The notes below the pieces were generated by a model. It saw nothing but the letters and a program-made list of their open reading frames with translations, was not told the origin of the DNA and did not search any database. A DNA stretch of 64,000 nucleotides from Spirochaetia bacterium (GTDB taxonomy: Bacteria > Spirochaetota > Spirochaetia > SZUA-6 > Bin103). The stretch covers positions 192,001 to 256,000 of the forward strand of contig CBDBOV010000003.1 of the NCBI GenBank assembly GCA_965208575.1, read 5' to 3'. The position numbers and the translations under genes are program-made. Numbering within the stretch: the first letter of the stretch is position 1; each line of letters starts with the position of its first letter. Below, in pieces: positions 27,688-37,482 of this stretch.

Positions 27688-28704
27688 ATGGCGCGCCAGT
27701 TGTATCAGCCGCACGACAACCTGTTCCGCAAGGTGTTCTCGGACGAGGGCGAGGCGGCTGGACTGCTGCGCCCGAATCTGCCGGAGTGGTTGAGCAGCAC
27801 GCTGGACTGGTCGACGTTGACCTTGCAGGATCGCAGCTACGTGGACGAAGAGCTGGAGGCCAGCCAGTCCGACCTGCTGTTCGAGGTCCAGTGGCAGGCT
27901 GACGCCGGCCAGGCGGGCACCCGCGTGACGGCGAGCGAGCCGAAGCGGCTGCTGCTGTACGTGCTGTTCGAGCACCAATCGACGCCGAGCCGCTGGATGA
28001 GGGTCCGGTTGTTGGAGTACTGTTGCCGTATCTGGGCGGATGCCTTGCGGGCGGACGAGAAGCGGGCTGAGTTGCCGCCGATCGTGCCGGTGGTGTTCTA
28101 CCAGGGGAAGCGGCGCTGGCGGCATGCGCTGGAGTTCGCGGAGTTGTTTGCGGAGGCGGTGCGGGAGTGGCCGTGGACGCCGCGCTTTGAGCACCTGCTG
28201 GTAGACCAATCGCAGGCGGCGGTGGGCGAGGTGCGCGGCAGAGCGCTGGGGCGTGTCGCGCAGCTTGCGCTGATGGCGGCGGCGCGACGGCGGGTGAGTC
28301 AGGCGCGAGCGGCGCTGCTGATGGCGGCGCAGTACATGGGCGAGTTGGCAAGGAGCGGACGGACGGACCCGTTCGGAGCCATCGTGAGGTATGTCATTAC
28401 GACGCAGGACCGGCAGACCGTGAGGGAGTTCGGCGACGCGTTGCGACGGCACGTGCCAGGAACGGGAGGAGACATGAAGACGTACGCAGAAGAGTTGCTC
28501 CAGGAGGGACTGCGGAAGGGCCGCCAGGAAGGCCGCCGGGAGGGCCGCCAGGAAGGCCGCCAGGAAGGTCAGCTTGGCACGATCGAGAACTTCTTGCGAG
28601 CTGGGATCGAGTGGTCGGTCATTGAGGAGGCTACCGGTGTCGACCAGGAAGCGTTCCAGGCACTCCGTCGGCGGATCGGTAAATCGGAACGGACGGCCGA
28701 GTAA
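27688..28704 (+). CDS. Rpn/YhgA-like recombination-promoting nuclease (Transposase_31)
   Basis: PHDNLF, SDLLF, FEHQS, LPPIVPVVFYQG, EGRQEG tail. Confidence 0.92.
   Translation: MARQLYQPHDNLFRKVFSDEGEAAGLLRPNLPEWLSSTLDWSTLTLQDRSYVDEELEASQSDLLFEVQWQADAGQAGTRVTASEPKRLLLYVLFEHQSTPSRWMRVRLLEYCCRIWADALRADEKRAELPPIVPVVFYQGKRRWRHALEFAELFAEAVREWPWTPRFEHLLVDQSQAAVGEVRGRALGRVAQLALMAAARRRVSQARAALLMAAQYMGELARSGRTDPFGAIVRYVITTQDRQTVREFGDALRRHVPGTGGDMKTYAEELLQEGLRKGRQEGRREGRQEGRQEGQLGTIENFLRAGIEWSVIEEATGVDQEAFQALRRRIGKSERTAE
28474..28704 (+). CDS. Putative internal RpnS-type small antitoxin (76 aa)
   Basis: GGAGGAGAC-ATG inside rpn; MKTYAEELLQEG resembles the MTIAE start of RpnS proteins. Confidence 0.55.
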   Translation: MKTYAEELLQEGLRKGRQEGRREGRQEGRQEGQLGTIENFLRAGIEWSVIEEATGVDQEAFQALRRRIGKSERTAE

Positions 28705-28880
28705 CCGCTGGAAACCCGAATCGAGCGGCTGGATCGGAGCTTAGCGGTATCGCTGCGCACGCAACATTCGACGAGATCTGGCCCGATAGTCTCGAACTGG
28801 GTTGGCGCCCACGGAGCGCTCAAGGAGTTGCTTGTACGCTGGACGGTGAGCCAACACGCGTCCCCTATCTGAACGCCGGG

Positions 28881-29267
28881 CTACCAGATCGTGTCGGCGC
28901 CGAGCGTAGCGATGGCCGGGTCGGGAGTCGCCACTCTGATCGTTTCCATCGTGCCCTGGGCAGCGATCATGCGGTCGAACGGATCGCGGTGGTCGCCGGG
29001 CAGGGAACCGGCTCGCAGCGCGTGGGCGCGGGACACGTCGAGCTGGCGAAACCCGTCGCGAGCGATCCGGTCGTCCCACTCCGCGATGATCGGGCCGCCG
29101 GCGGGGTACTTCCCGACGCGGTGCTTGGTCGCGATTTCCCACGCGCTGGCGGCGCTGACCCACACTTGGTTGTGCGGGTCCTGGAGGAGGCCTTCGAGCC
29201 GTGCGCTGAGCTTGTCCGGTTCCGCCCACGCCCACAGCAGCGCGCAGGTGTCGAGCAGGAGGATCAC
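28881..29267 (-). CDS. vapC: VapC PIN-domain toxin
   Basis: LLLDTCALLW, SAWEI, HRDPFDR. Confidence 0.93.
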   Translation of the reverse strand: MILLLDTCALLWAWAEPDKLSARLEGLLQDPHNQVWVSAASAWEIATKHRVGKYPAGGPIIAEWDDRIARDGFRQLDVSRAHALRAGSLPGDHRDPFDRMIAAQGTMETIRVATPDPAIATLGADTIW

Positions 29268-29500
29268 CCGCCCTCCCAGGAGGCCAGCTCGGCGTCATCG
29301 AGCGGCTCGAAGAACGAATCGGGCACCGGGCCGTCGCGGTCGCAGTAGCGGCCGAGGGTTCGCGGAGCGGGAGCTTGCAGCGGCACGAGCCGGGCGTACG
29401 GCGTGCCCGCCTTGGCGATGACGATCTCCTCGCCGGCGTGCGCCCGTTCGAGCAGCCGCGAAAGCTGCGTCTTGGCCTCGTGCACGTTCACGGTAGTCAT
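29264..29500 (-). CDS. Phd/YefM antitoxin
   Basis: VNVHEAKTQLSRLL...GEEIVIAKAG; overlaps the vapC start. Confidence 0.93.
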   Translation of the reverse strand: MTTVNVHEAKTQLSRLLERAHAGEEIVIAKAGTPYARLVPLQAPAPRTLGRYCDRDGPVPDSFFEPLDDAELASWEGG

Positions 29501-29501
29501 G

Positions 29502-29540
29502 TCTTGGTACTAGTCTGATTACAAGACTTAGTCAACCAGA
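29502..29540. promoter_or_regulatory. Imperfect palindromic TA operator
   Basis: TCTTGGTACTAGTCT...AGACTTAGTCAACCAGA directly upstream of the antitoxin start. Confidence 0.55.
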
Positions 29541-29615
29541 TAGACAGAAGTAATGTAAGGCGACGCTTGACAAACTTGCGGCTTCGCCCCATCGTGCGGC
29601 CAGTGATCGGAAGCA

Positions 29616-29675
29616 TTCACTTTCGGATGGGATGACGACGGCGCGACGGACGTGAATCTGGAGGACTACCACTGA
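29616..29675 (+). pseudogene. HigB toxin C-terminal remnant
   Basis: FTFGWDDDGATDVNLEDYH* carries the diagnostic DYH* HigB end; its stop overlaps the higA ATG. Confidence 0.75.
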
Positions 29676-29977
29676 TGGTCGAGCGCCACCATTCCATACA
29701 CCCGGTTCATCCGGGCGAGATCCTGCGCGAGGACGTTCTGCCGGCGCTCTCAATGAGCAAGACGGCCGTGGCCGATCTGCTCGGAATCTCCCGCCAAACG
29801 CTGTACGACATCCTGAATGAGCGGCAACCGGTCACGGCCGAGATGGCGGTTCGATTCGGGAAGCTGTTCGGCAACGGCGCCGCCTTCTGGGCAAACCTGC
29901 AGCGCGGTCATGATCTGGCCGTCGCGGAACGCACGGTGGACGTCTCCGGGATACCGACCCTGGCAGGCCATGGCTGA
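29675..29977 (+). CDS. higA: HigA-family antitoxin
   Basis: HPGEILRE, HTH, VTAEMAVR, FWANLQ. Confidence 0.92.
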   Translation: MVERHHSIHPVHPGEILREDVLPALSMSKTAVADLLGISRQTLYDILNERQPVTAEMAVRFGKLFGNGAAFWANLQRGHDLAVAERTVDVSGIPTLAGHG

Positions 29978-30055
29978 CCGATAGTGCGCACGGCATACGC
30001 GGCCACTGCCGGCCCGTGCAAGGTTGAGGGATTCTGCACGCGGCTCATCGCGGTT

Positions 30056-31699
30056 ATGGCGCGCGCAGTCGTGTTGGTGGCCGGGTGTGCCGGTGCGTAT
30101 GCGCAAACGCCGGTGGTACCGGTGGAGGTGGCGGCGCAGCCGTTTGCGCCGAGCGCCGGCGCGTGCACGGGCGCGTTCGTGGCGCATCCGCTGCCCCATA
30201 CCACCCGCAGCAACCAGGAAGAGCTGGTGTTCTTCGTGGCCAACGGGGCAGGCGTGGCCCTCGCCGACCTTGACGACGACAACCGCATCGACATCGTCCT
30301 GGCGGGCGTGCACGCGCCGCCGTCCGTGTTCTGGAACCAGGGCGGTCTGGTGTTTCGAAAGGAGATACTGGAAATCGACGGCAGCCGCGCGGTCAACGCG
30401 GTGGATGTCGACGGCGACGGCCGCCTTGACCTGGTGTTCACGCACGCCGGCAACCGCCCGTCGCTGTGGCGTACCAGGACCGGCCTCGCACTGCCCGTCT
30501 TCGAGCAGGTCCCGCCGCGGCAGTTCATCGGACGGTACAATCCCTACTCGATCGCCTGGGCCGACCTGGACGGTGACACCGACCTGGACATGGTGGGCGC
30601 CTCCTACAACGCCGAACTGATGGCGCGCGGATTCGGCACGCCGTCCGGCGGCGGCGTGTTCCTGTTCACCAATGCGGGCGGCGCGCTGAAGCCGGACCTG
30701 CTGGTCTCGCATGCGCAGGCACTGGCGGTACTGCTGACCGACCTGGATGGCGACGGACGCCGCGACATCCTGGTAGGCAACGATTTCGCCACTCCCGACG
30801 AGGCGTTTCTCAACAAGCCGGACGGGTGGATCGACGCGGCGCCGTTCGAGCGCACCACGGCCAACACCATGGGCTTCGCCGAGGGCGACACCGACAACGA
30901 CGGCCGCTTCGAGATTATCGGCATCGACATGAAGCCGTACCAGGAGGACCCGGTGTGGACCCCGCCGCTGGAGGGCAAGGGCTCGATGCAGGCCGACGAC
31001 GGCGTGCAGTTCGTGGCCAACACGCTGCAGTTTCGCCGCGGCGACCCGCCGGTGTTCGTCGACGAGGGCGGCGCCCGCGGCGTCGATGCCACCGGTTGGA
31101 GCTGGTCGGTGCAGTTCGGCGACCTGGACAACGACGGCGCGCTCGACCTGTACGTGGTCAACGGCATGATCAACGAGGGCCTGTTCGGCGACTTGCCGGG
31201 AGATGAGCTGGTCGAGGAGAACCAGGCGCTGCGCAACGACGGCACGGGGCACTTCGCGCCGGCGCCGGAGTGGGGCCTGGGCGCCACCGAGGGCGGGCGC
31301 GGCATGAGCTTCGCGGACCTGGACAACGACGGCGACCTGGACATCGTGGTCAACAACTTCGCGAAGCCGTCGGTGCTGTTCGAGAACCGGGTGTGCGGCG
31401 GCGCGGCGCTGCAAGTGGAGCTGCACTGGGAAGGCTCGCTCAACAGCCGCGCGATCGGCGCTCGGCTATGGCTGCACACGTCCGAGGGGCGCTACGTGCG
31501 CGAGATGCGCGCCGACAGCGGCTACCTGTCCAGCCTGCCGGCAAGAGTTCACTTCGGCCTCGGCAACGCCGCCGGCAGTGACTTGCAGCGTCTGGAGGTG
31601 ATCTGGCCCGATGGCGCCACGTCGCATGTCGACGACCCACCGATCGGCTCCGTGCTCGAAGTCCGCCGCCGGCAAGCCGCGTCGCAACCCGTCCCCTGA
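30056..31699 (+). CDS. CRTAC1-like FG-GAP/VCBS repeat protein with ASPIC/UnbV domain
   Basis: Repeated DLDxDGxxD; N..AIGAR, GYLS, HFGLG, WPDG; signal-like N-terminus; start uncertain. Confidence 0.88.
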   Translation: MARAVVLVAGCAGAYAQTPVVPVEVAAQPFAPSAGACTGAFVAHPLPHTTRSNQEELVFFVANGAGVALADLDDDNRIDIVLAGVHAPPSVFWNQGGLVFRKEILEIDGSRAVNAVDVDGDGRLDLVFTHAGNRPSLWRTRTGLALPVFEQVPPRQFIGRYNPYSIAWADLDGDTDLDMVGASYNAELMARGFGTPSGGGVFLFTNAGGALKPDLLVSHAQALAVLLTDLDGDGRRDILVGNDFATPDEAFLNKPDGWIDAAPFERTTANTMGFAEGDTDNDGRFEIIGIDMKPYQEDPVWTPPLEGKGSMQADDGVQFVANTLQFRRGDPPVFVDEGGARGVDATGWSWSVQFGDLDNDGALDLYVVNGMINEGLFGDLPGDELVEENQALRNDGTGHFAPAPEWGLGATEGGRGMSFADLDNDGDLDIVVNNFAKPSVLFENRVCGGAALQVELHWEGSLNSRAIGARLWLHTSEGRYVREMRADSGYLSSLPARVHFGLGNAAGSDLQRLEVIWPDGATSHVDDPPIGSVLEVRRRQAASQPVP

Positions 31700-31702
31700 T
31701 CG

Positions 31703-33739
31703 TTACTCGATCCGGCCGGTGAAGTAGCGTTCGGCGAGGTGGAAGGCGGCGATGCCGACCCGCTCGCCGATCAGGCGGCCGGGGATGTCGTCGGCGGGGG
31801 GGTGGATGCCGCCCCAGATGCGCGACAGGCTGCACTGGTCGGCGGCGTCCCGGTAGGTGGCCCACTGCAGCGTCAGGTCGACGCTCGGCCCATCCTCGAA
31901 CACCAGGAACTCGTTCTTTGCGGCCGGGAACTCGCCGATGCCGCCGGGGAAGAAGGCGTCTCCGGTCACCAGGGTGAGCACCTCGGCGCCGGCGCGGGAG
32001 TAGGTGGAATGGCCCGACACGTAGCCGGCGAACGGCGGGGTGACGAATGACGGCCGCTGGTAGGGCCACCAATTCTCGGCCAGGATCCAGCCCACTCCTG
32101 CCACGTCCGATTCGGGCCGCTCGATGAACGCCGGTCCGCGCCAGGCATACAGCTTCACCTTGCCGACGTGCTCCCCCTGCTCGCCGGCCAGCGCATCGCC
32201 CGCTTCGACCAGTTCCACGTAGCCGTCCACCAGTGGGATCCCGCGCGGGTCGTAGCGTGGCAGGGCCTGGTCCGAGCTCTGGCCGCGCTCCGCCATGCCG
32301 CGGATGGCGGAAATGGGACGAATGTAGTCATACCATCCCTTGAGGCCCCAGGCGGCGATGGCGGCATCGTGCACGGCGCCGCCCAGTGCGAAGTAGGCCT
32401 TCACGTCCCACTCCAGGCCGTCGAGCTCCGGGCCCCGGCCCCGGAAGCGCCGCTCCAGGGCGGGGTGATCGTTGACGTAGTTCAGGATGGTGAACCAGTG
32501 GCCGGGCGGCGTCTCCGAATCGGGGCCGTCGGCCCAGAACTCGGCCAGCACGCGGGCATAATCGGCCCGCGGAACCCACTGCGGCGCGTACGGAAGGCCG
32601 GTGCGCGGATTCACCTCGTGCCCCCTCCCGGGGTCGCCGCCTGCCAAAAGATCGAAGAAGGCAGGATATGCCTCGACACTGCGCGGCAGCCCGGGCAGGT
32701 TGCCGATCGCCGCCGGGGAGATGTCCCACAGCACGCCGTCCGCCGGATCGAGGTGGGAAGACCAGATCGAGACCAGCACGAAGCCCCATTGGTAGGCGGC
32801 GGACTGCCGGTAGCGTCCGCCGGGATCCAGGGAGGGCGGGGCGCCGGGGTCGTGGTACACCCGGTAGCGGTAGCCGTCCCGTTCATGGATGGTGAGATCG
32901 TCCTCGGCGAGCGCGAACGGGGTGACCTCGCCCCACTCGGGGCTGATGAACGGCGGGGTGGCGCCGGGGAACTCGTTGCCCGCCTGGTCGATGTATACCT
33001 CCAGGGTGAGCGGCTGCCAGCGGTTGGGATCGACCAGCGTGGGGTTGCCCGGCTCCAGCAGGTTCAGCGGCGGGTTGACCGGTTCGTAGTAGCGGTTCGC
33101 ATAGCTGTCCCACTCGTTGGAGCCGTCCTGCAGCCCGAATTCGAGCAGGCAGCCGGCGATGTGGTTGCCCAGGGCGGCCGCGGAGCCGGTCGCGTAGTCG
33201 GTGGACGTGAACGACCGGTCGTGGCCTTGCGCGGCGAGCAGCGCATTGATGCGGGCGAGCGTCTTGCGCGCACCCGGCGACACCCGGAACCGCTCCCGGA
33301 TGATGCGGTACATGGCGTAGCCGATGGCCTCTTCGCGCGCCTCTCGCACGTCGTCCGGCGCGTTCATGCCGCCGAAGGGACAGGCGAAGCCGCCGACCGC
33401 GGCGCCAAGCAGGTAGGGGGCCGCCGTATCGTCGAATGCCGCCCAGGCGTCGTACATGGCGATGGCGGCGTGGAACAGGTTGCGTGCATGCACCGTGGGG
33501 CGTGCATAGTCGTTGCGGATCGCGTCCAGCAGCGCCTCGTTCCACAAGCGGGCGACCGAATGCGAGCCGTGGTCCGCGGCTGAGGACTCCTGGCTCGGCG
33601 GCGCCTCGGGCGCGAGTGCCGGCGTTGACGCGGCCCCGGCAGAGGCCTGTTGTTGCGCCTGGACGCTGACGGCTGCTGCGAGCAGTGCTGCCGCGGCGGC
33701 AGCCTGGGCGGCCCGTATCCGGTGGCCAACCGGCTGCAT
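31703..33739 (-). CDS. Secreted vanadium-dependent haloperoxidase (PAP2 superfamily)
   Basis: KGWYDYIRP, PPFAGYVSGHS and SRIWGGIH vanadate motifs; N-terminal signal peptide; start uncertain. Confidence 0.88.
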   Translation of the reverse strand: MQPVGHRIRAAQAAAAAALLAAAVSVQAQQQASAGAASTPALAPEAPPSQESSAADHGSHSVARLWNEALLDAIRNDYARPTVHARNLFHAAIAMYDAWAAFDDTAAPYLLGAAVGGFACPFGGMNAPDDVREAREEAIGYAMYRIIRERFRVSPGARKTLARINALLAAQGHDRSFTSTDYATGSAAALGNHIAGCLLEFGLQDGSNEWDSYANRYYEPVNPPLNLLEPGNPTLVDPNRWQPLTLEVYIDQAGNEFPGATPPFISPEWGEVTPFALAEDDLTIHERDGYRYRVYHDPGAPPSLDPGGRYRQSAAYQWGFVLVSIWSSHLDPADGVLWDISPAAIGNLPGLPRSVEAYPAFFDLLAGGDPGRGHEVNPRTGLPYAPQWVPRADYARVLAEFWADGPDSETPPGHWFTILNYVNDHPALERRFRGRGPELDGLEWDVKAYFALGGAVHDAAIAAWGLKGWYDYIRPISAIRGMAERGQSSDQALPRYDPRGIPLVDGYVELVEAGDALAGEQGEHVGKVKLYAWRGPAFIERPESDVAGVGWILAENWWPYQRPSFVTPPFAGYVSGHSTYSRAGAEVLTLVTGDAFFPGGIGEFPAAKNEFLVFEDGPSVDLTLQWATYRDAADQCSLSRIWGGIHPPADDIPGRLIGERVGIAAFHLAERYFTGRIE

Positions 33740-33961
33740 TCGAGCGCCGATGCAGCCCGTCCGGCGGCGATGGTCCTTGCTCACATATCGCCCCGAAACC
33801 GCCGTCCAATGGACGCCGCTTTCGGCCCATCTCCACCTACGCGCAGGAACCTGTCGTAACCCGACAACCACCTGTGCCCCGACGTGCCCGTTGGTCGTCG
33901 TGCCTTGCCGGTCGGGCGCCTCGCCGTTCTCGGTGCGGCGCCGGGTTCCACCACCGGCTGC
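33715..33961 (-). mobile_element. MITE-like element, degenerate copy 2 with ~85-bp internal insertion
   Basis: CCGGCTGCATTCGAGCG and GGGCGCCTCGCCG.TCTCGGTGCG.CGCCGGGTTCCACCAC are shared with the reverse complement of 20544-20703. Confidence 0.7.
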
Positions 33962-34006
33962 TCGCCTGCAGCGCGCCGTCCCTGGCCCGTGTTCACCACT
34001 CGGTGC

Positions 34007-34951
34007 TCAACCCTTGATCGCTCCCGCGGTGATTCCCGAGACGTAGTATTTCTGCAGCCACAGGAAGAGCATCACGATGGGCGCGGTGGTGAACACGATG
34101 CCGGCCGCCAGCAGCCCGTACGTGTACTGGAACACCCCGGCGTAGCTGGTCATGATTCCGTACGGAACGGTAATCGTGCTGTTGTCGGTGGCGAGCAGCA
34201 GCACGTACAACATGTGATTCCAGGATGCCAGGAAGCAGAAGATCGACACCGCGGCGATGCCCGGCCCGATCAACGGCACCACGATGCTCCAGATTACCCG
34301 GAAGCTGGTGGCGCCTTCGATGAACGCCGCGTCCTCCAGGTCGCGGTCCACGGTATCGCAGAATCCCTTCATCATCCAGATCGAAAATGGCAGCACCAGG
34401 CCCATTTCGGCGAGGATCAGACCGAGGTGGGTGTTCACCAGGCCAAGCGTCCGATACACCATGTAGATCGGCACGATAATCGCGATGTACGGGAACATCT
34501 GCGTGTTCAGAATGGAGATCAGCAACACCTTCTTGCCGGGAAACTCGAATCGCGAAAAGCTGTAGCCCGCCAGTATCGCGAACACGCCGGCCAGCAGGGT
34601 GACCGAGCCGGTGATGATGATGCCGTTCCTGATGTAGCTTGCCAGCGTCTTGAACGGCAGTGTCTGGGTGCGGTCGGTGTCCAGGTTGATGCCGAATATC
34701 ATCAGGTAGTTGTCCAGCGTCCAGGTGACCGGCAGCAGCGTCGGATGCTTGCCCAACGTCTCCGGATTGGGCCGCAGCGACAGCGATACGTACCAGAACA
34801 CCGGGAACATCGCGACCACGATCAGCACCAGCAGGATCAACGCCCTGACGATCGGCGCGAGCACATTGGTGGACTGCACCGGCCCCGCGTGCCGCGGCCG
34901 CAGCCTGGCCAACAGGCCCTGCCGCGGCAGAACCGATTCGCTGTCCGTCAC
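34007..34951 (-). CDS. Carbohydrate ABC permease (MalG-like)
   Basis: LEDAAFIEG, QKYYVSGITAGAIKG; GTG overlaps the upstream stop. Confidence 0.9.
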   Translation of the reverse strand: MTDSESVLPRQGLLARLRPRHAGPVQSTNVLAPIVRALILLVLIVVAMFPVFWYVSLSLRPNPETLGKHPTLLPVTWTLDNYLMIFGINLDTDRTQTLPFKTLASYIRNGIIITGSVTLLAGVFAILAGYSFSRFEFPGKKVLLISILNTQMFPYIAIIVPIYMVYRTLGLVNTHLGLILAEMGLVLPFSIWMMKGFCDTVDRDLEDAAFIEGATSFRVIWSIVVPLIGPGIAAVSIFCFLASWNHMLYVLLLATDNSTITVPYGIMTSYAGVFQYTYGLLAAGIVFTTAPIVMLFLWLQKYYVSGITAGAIKG

Positions 34952-35856
34952 GACATTACCTTCATCTGCCTGAGATAGGTGTACGAAGCCACCAGCAGCA
35001 GCAACAGCCATACCACCCCGAGGGCGGCGGTGTAACCCACGTCGGCCTGGTCGAAGGCCATGCGCTGGGCGAGGATCACGAACGTCTCCGACCTGCCGAG
35101 CGGCCCTCCCTTCGACACCGTGTAGATCAGGTCGAAGAAGTTGAACCCCCACACCACCGACAGCGTGGTGGAGATCACGATGACGCCCTTGAGCGACGGC
35201 AGCGTAATGCGGAGGAATCGTTGCCAGCCGTTGGCGCCGTCGATGGTAGAGGCCTCGATGATGTCCTGCGGAATGGTCTTGAGGCCGGCGAGAAACATCG
35301 CCATGAAGAACGGAAACGCGATCCACATGGTGGCGCCGATCACCGACGCTCCCACCATGTCCGGGCTCTCGAAGAACTTCAATGCTCTCGATATCAGTCC
35401 GAGGTTCATGAGCAGTTCGTTGATGATGCCGTTGCGCGACGACGCCATGGTGCGGAACATGAACGCAACCGCGACCGGCGGCAGAATCCACGGGATCAGC
35501 AGCATGCCCACGAGAAAACGGTTGGCGCGCGTCTCCCGGTTCAGCAGGACCGCCGCCACCAGGCCAATGAACGCCGCGCCGAACGTCCATATGGTGGTGA
35601 AGATGGCGGTGTTCCGGAGTGCGTTCCAGAAGTAGCGGTCGTTGAACAGCTTGACGTAGTTGTCAAATCCGATCCACGGCGTGTCGCCGAGATTGGTCAG
35701 GCGCACCTGCTGAAAGCTGCTGACGATGCCGAGCAGGAGCGGGTAGAAGATGGTGGAGAAGATCGTGATTACCGCGGGCAGAGAGATGAACAGGCCGAAC
35801 CACTTGCGGCGCTGCTCCAGGGGCAGATTGGTGAACTTGAATGCGCGGGCAACCAT
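34948..35856 (-). CDS. Carbohydrate ABC permease (MalF-like)
   Basis: GFDNY, EASTIDGA, GGP. Confidence 0.92.
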   Translation of the reverse strand: MVARAFKFTNLPLEQRRKWFGLFISLPAVITIFSTIFYPLLLGIVSSFQQVRLTNLGDTPWIGFDNYVKLFNDRYFWNALRNTAIFTTIWTFGAAFIGLVAAVLLNRETRANRFLVGMLLIPWILPPVAVAFMFRTMASSRNGIINELLMNLGLISRALKFFESPDMVGASVIGATMWIAFPFFMAMFLAGLKTIPQDIIEASTIDGANGWQRFLRITLPSLKGVIVISTTLSVVWGFNFFDLIYTVSKGGPLGRSETFVILAQRMAFDQADVGYTAALGVVWLLLLLVASYTYLRQMKVMS

Positions 35857-35935
35857 CTTTGATCAGTGGACTTCCGATGGGTCGATGGTGGGAGAGGGCG
35901 GCGTGCCCTCTCCCACACGACAAGCGTAGAACCTG

Positions 35936-37243
35936 CTAGAACAGGACCGACTGCAGACCCTTTTCGGCAGTCTTGATGATCTCGTCGATCGGCTCGTCGG
36001 TCAGCACCGATGCCTGCCAGGAGTCGATAATGAGCTTGCCCGTGGCGTGCCAGTTGGGATTGTACGGCATCACCTGCAGGTAGGGATAGGAGTTCTCCAG
36101 GAACCCGCGATGGATGTCATTGTCGTATTCGTTGGCCAGGCGCTTCTGTGCCAGCGACTGCGGCGGCACGATCGAGCCGGTCATCTTGATGTAGTTCTGT
36201 GCGGCATATTCGCTGCCGGCAAAGTACTGCACGAATGCCCACGACTCCGGCTTGACGTCGCTGCCTTCCCAGATCGCGAGCGTGTGGTCGATCACCGGGA
36301 TGACCGGATCCATGCCGGCCTCCACGACCGGGAACCGCTCCACCGAGAACACGTCGAAGATCTTGTCGCCGCCGAGCAGGTCGGGGTTGGTGTTGCGCCC
36401 GAGCGGCAGGGTGTTGCCCGAATCGGTCAGATAGGGCACCTCTTCAAAGTAGAGGGACTGGCGGCCGTCGCCGCAAGTGGCCGCGAACGCATCGATCTCG
36501 GCCATGTCGCGCATGAAGCCGTACATGGTGTGCAGCTCGGGGGAATCGAACCCGGTCTCCCCGTTCGCCACGGCGTCGGGATTCATCGGGAACACGCCGA
36601 AGTTCCAGAACGCCCACAGCACCATGCCGAGGTTGTCGCCGCACATCTGCCAGTTGTGCATGCCGTAGATGTCGTTCTCCTTCAGCTTGACGGCGTTGGC
36701 GTAGACGTCGTCCCAGGTGACCGGAACGGTGAGCCCGTTGCGCTCCAGGAGGCCGCGGTTGGTCCACCAGCCGTGCGAGTTGACCGCGTTCGGTACCGCG
36801 AACAGCTTGCCGTCCACGGTGTTGGTCTGCAGCGACGCCTGGTAGTTGTCGTCCAGGTAGTCCTGCGGCGCCAACTGGTTGAGGTCGGCCAGCGCGCCGG
36901 CGATGCCGAGCTGGTAGGGCCAGTCGGAATCGAGCATCATCACGTCGACCGAATCGCCCGCCGCGGCGCGCGTCATCAGCTTGTTGCGGGTCTCGGCCCA
37001 GCCGCTCGCCTCCATGCGGATGTCGATGGCCGGATTCAACCGCATGTACTCGTCGACCACCGACTGCACGGGGGCCTTGAAGTCGGACTCGCCCCACATC
37101 CAGGAGTCGAACCGGATCACGGTCTTGCCGTCGGCCGTCGCGTCTCCTCCCTCTTCGTCGCCGCTTGCCCACAGGGCAGTGGCGGTCAGGGCGAGTCCGC
37201 AGAGGACTGCCAGAAATGTACGGAATGTTGGGTAATGCACCAT
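35936..37243 (-). CDS. Carbohydrate ABC substrate-binding protein
   Basis: Signal peptide ...ALWASGDEE; DGKLFAVP, VPVTWDD. Confidence 0.9.
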   Translation of the reverse strand: MVHYPTFRTFLAVLCGLALTATALWASGDEEGGDATADGKTVIRFDSWMWGESDFKAPVQSVVDEYMRLNPAIDIRMEASGWAETRNKLMTRAAAGDSVDVMMLDSDWPYQLGIAGALADLNQLAPQDYLDDNYQASLQTNTVDGKLFAVPNAVNSHGWWTNRGLLERNGLTVPVTWDDVYANAVKLKENDIYGMHNWQMCGDNLGMVLWAFWNFGVFPMNPDAVANGETGFDSPELHTMYGFMRDMAEIDAFAATCGDGRQSLYFEEVPYLTDSGNTLPLGRNTNPDLLGGDKIFDVFSVERFPVVEAGMDPVIPVIDHTLAIWEGSDVKPESWAFVQYFAGSEYAAQNYIKMTGSIVPPQSLAQKRLANEYDNDIHRGFLENSYPYLQVMPYNPNWHATGKLIIDSWQASVLTDEPIDEIIKTAEKGLQSVLF

Positions 37244-37482
37244 AAGGACTCCTTTTCCTGGGCAATACGAGGATTCACCGCCTGCCCGGCGGGCACACGG
37301 TGGACTCGGCTATGAGACCATGCCGCGGGAACCGCGTCAAGCACGCAGCGCCAGGCGCCAGGGAGGCCGCGCACTGCCCGGCACACCGGACGCGGCGATT
37401 GCGTCGTTGCGTGCGGATGCCTATTATGGGGCAGCACTCAGGGGCCCGTGGAGGGGCTCGACAAGGAGAATAAGGAGCAACG

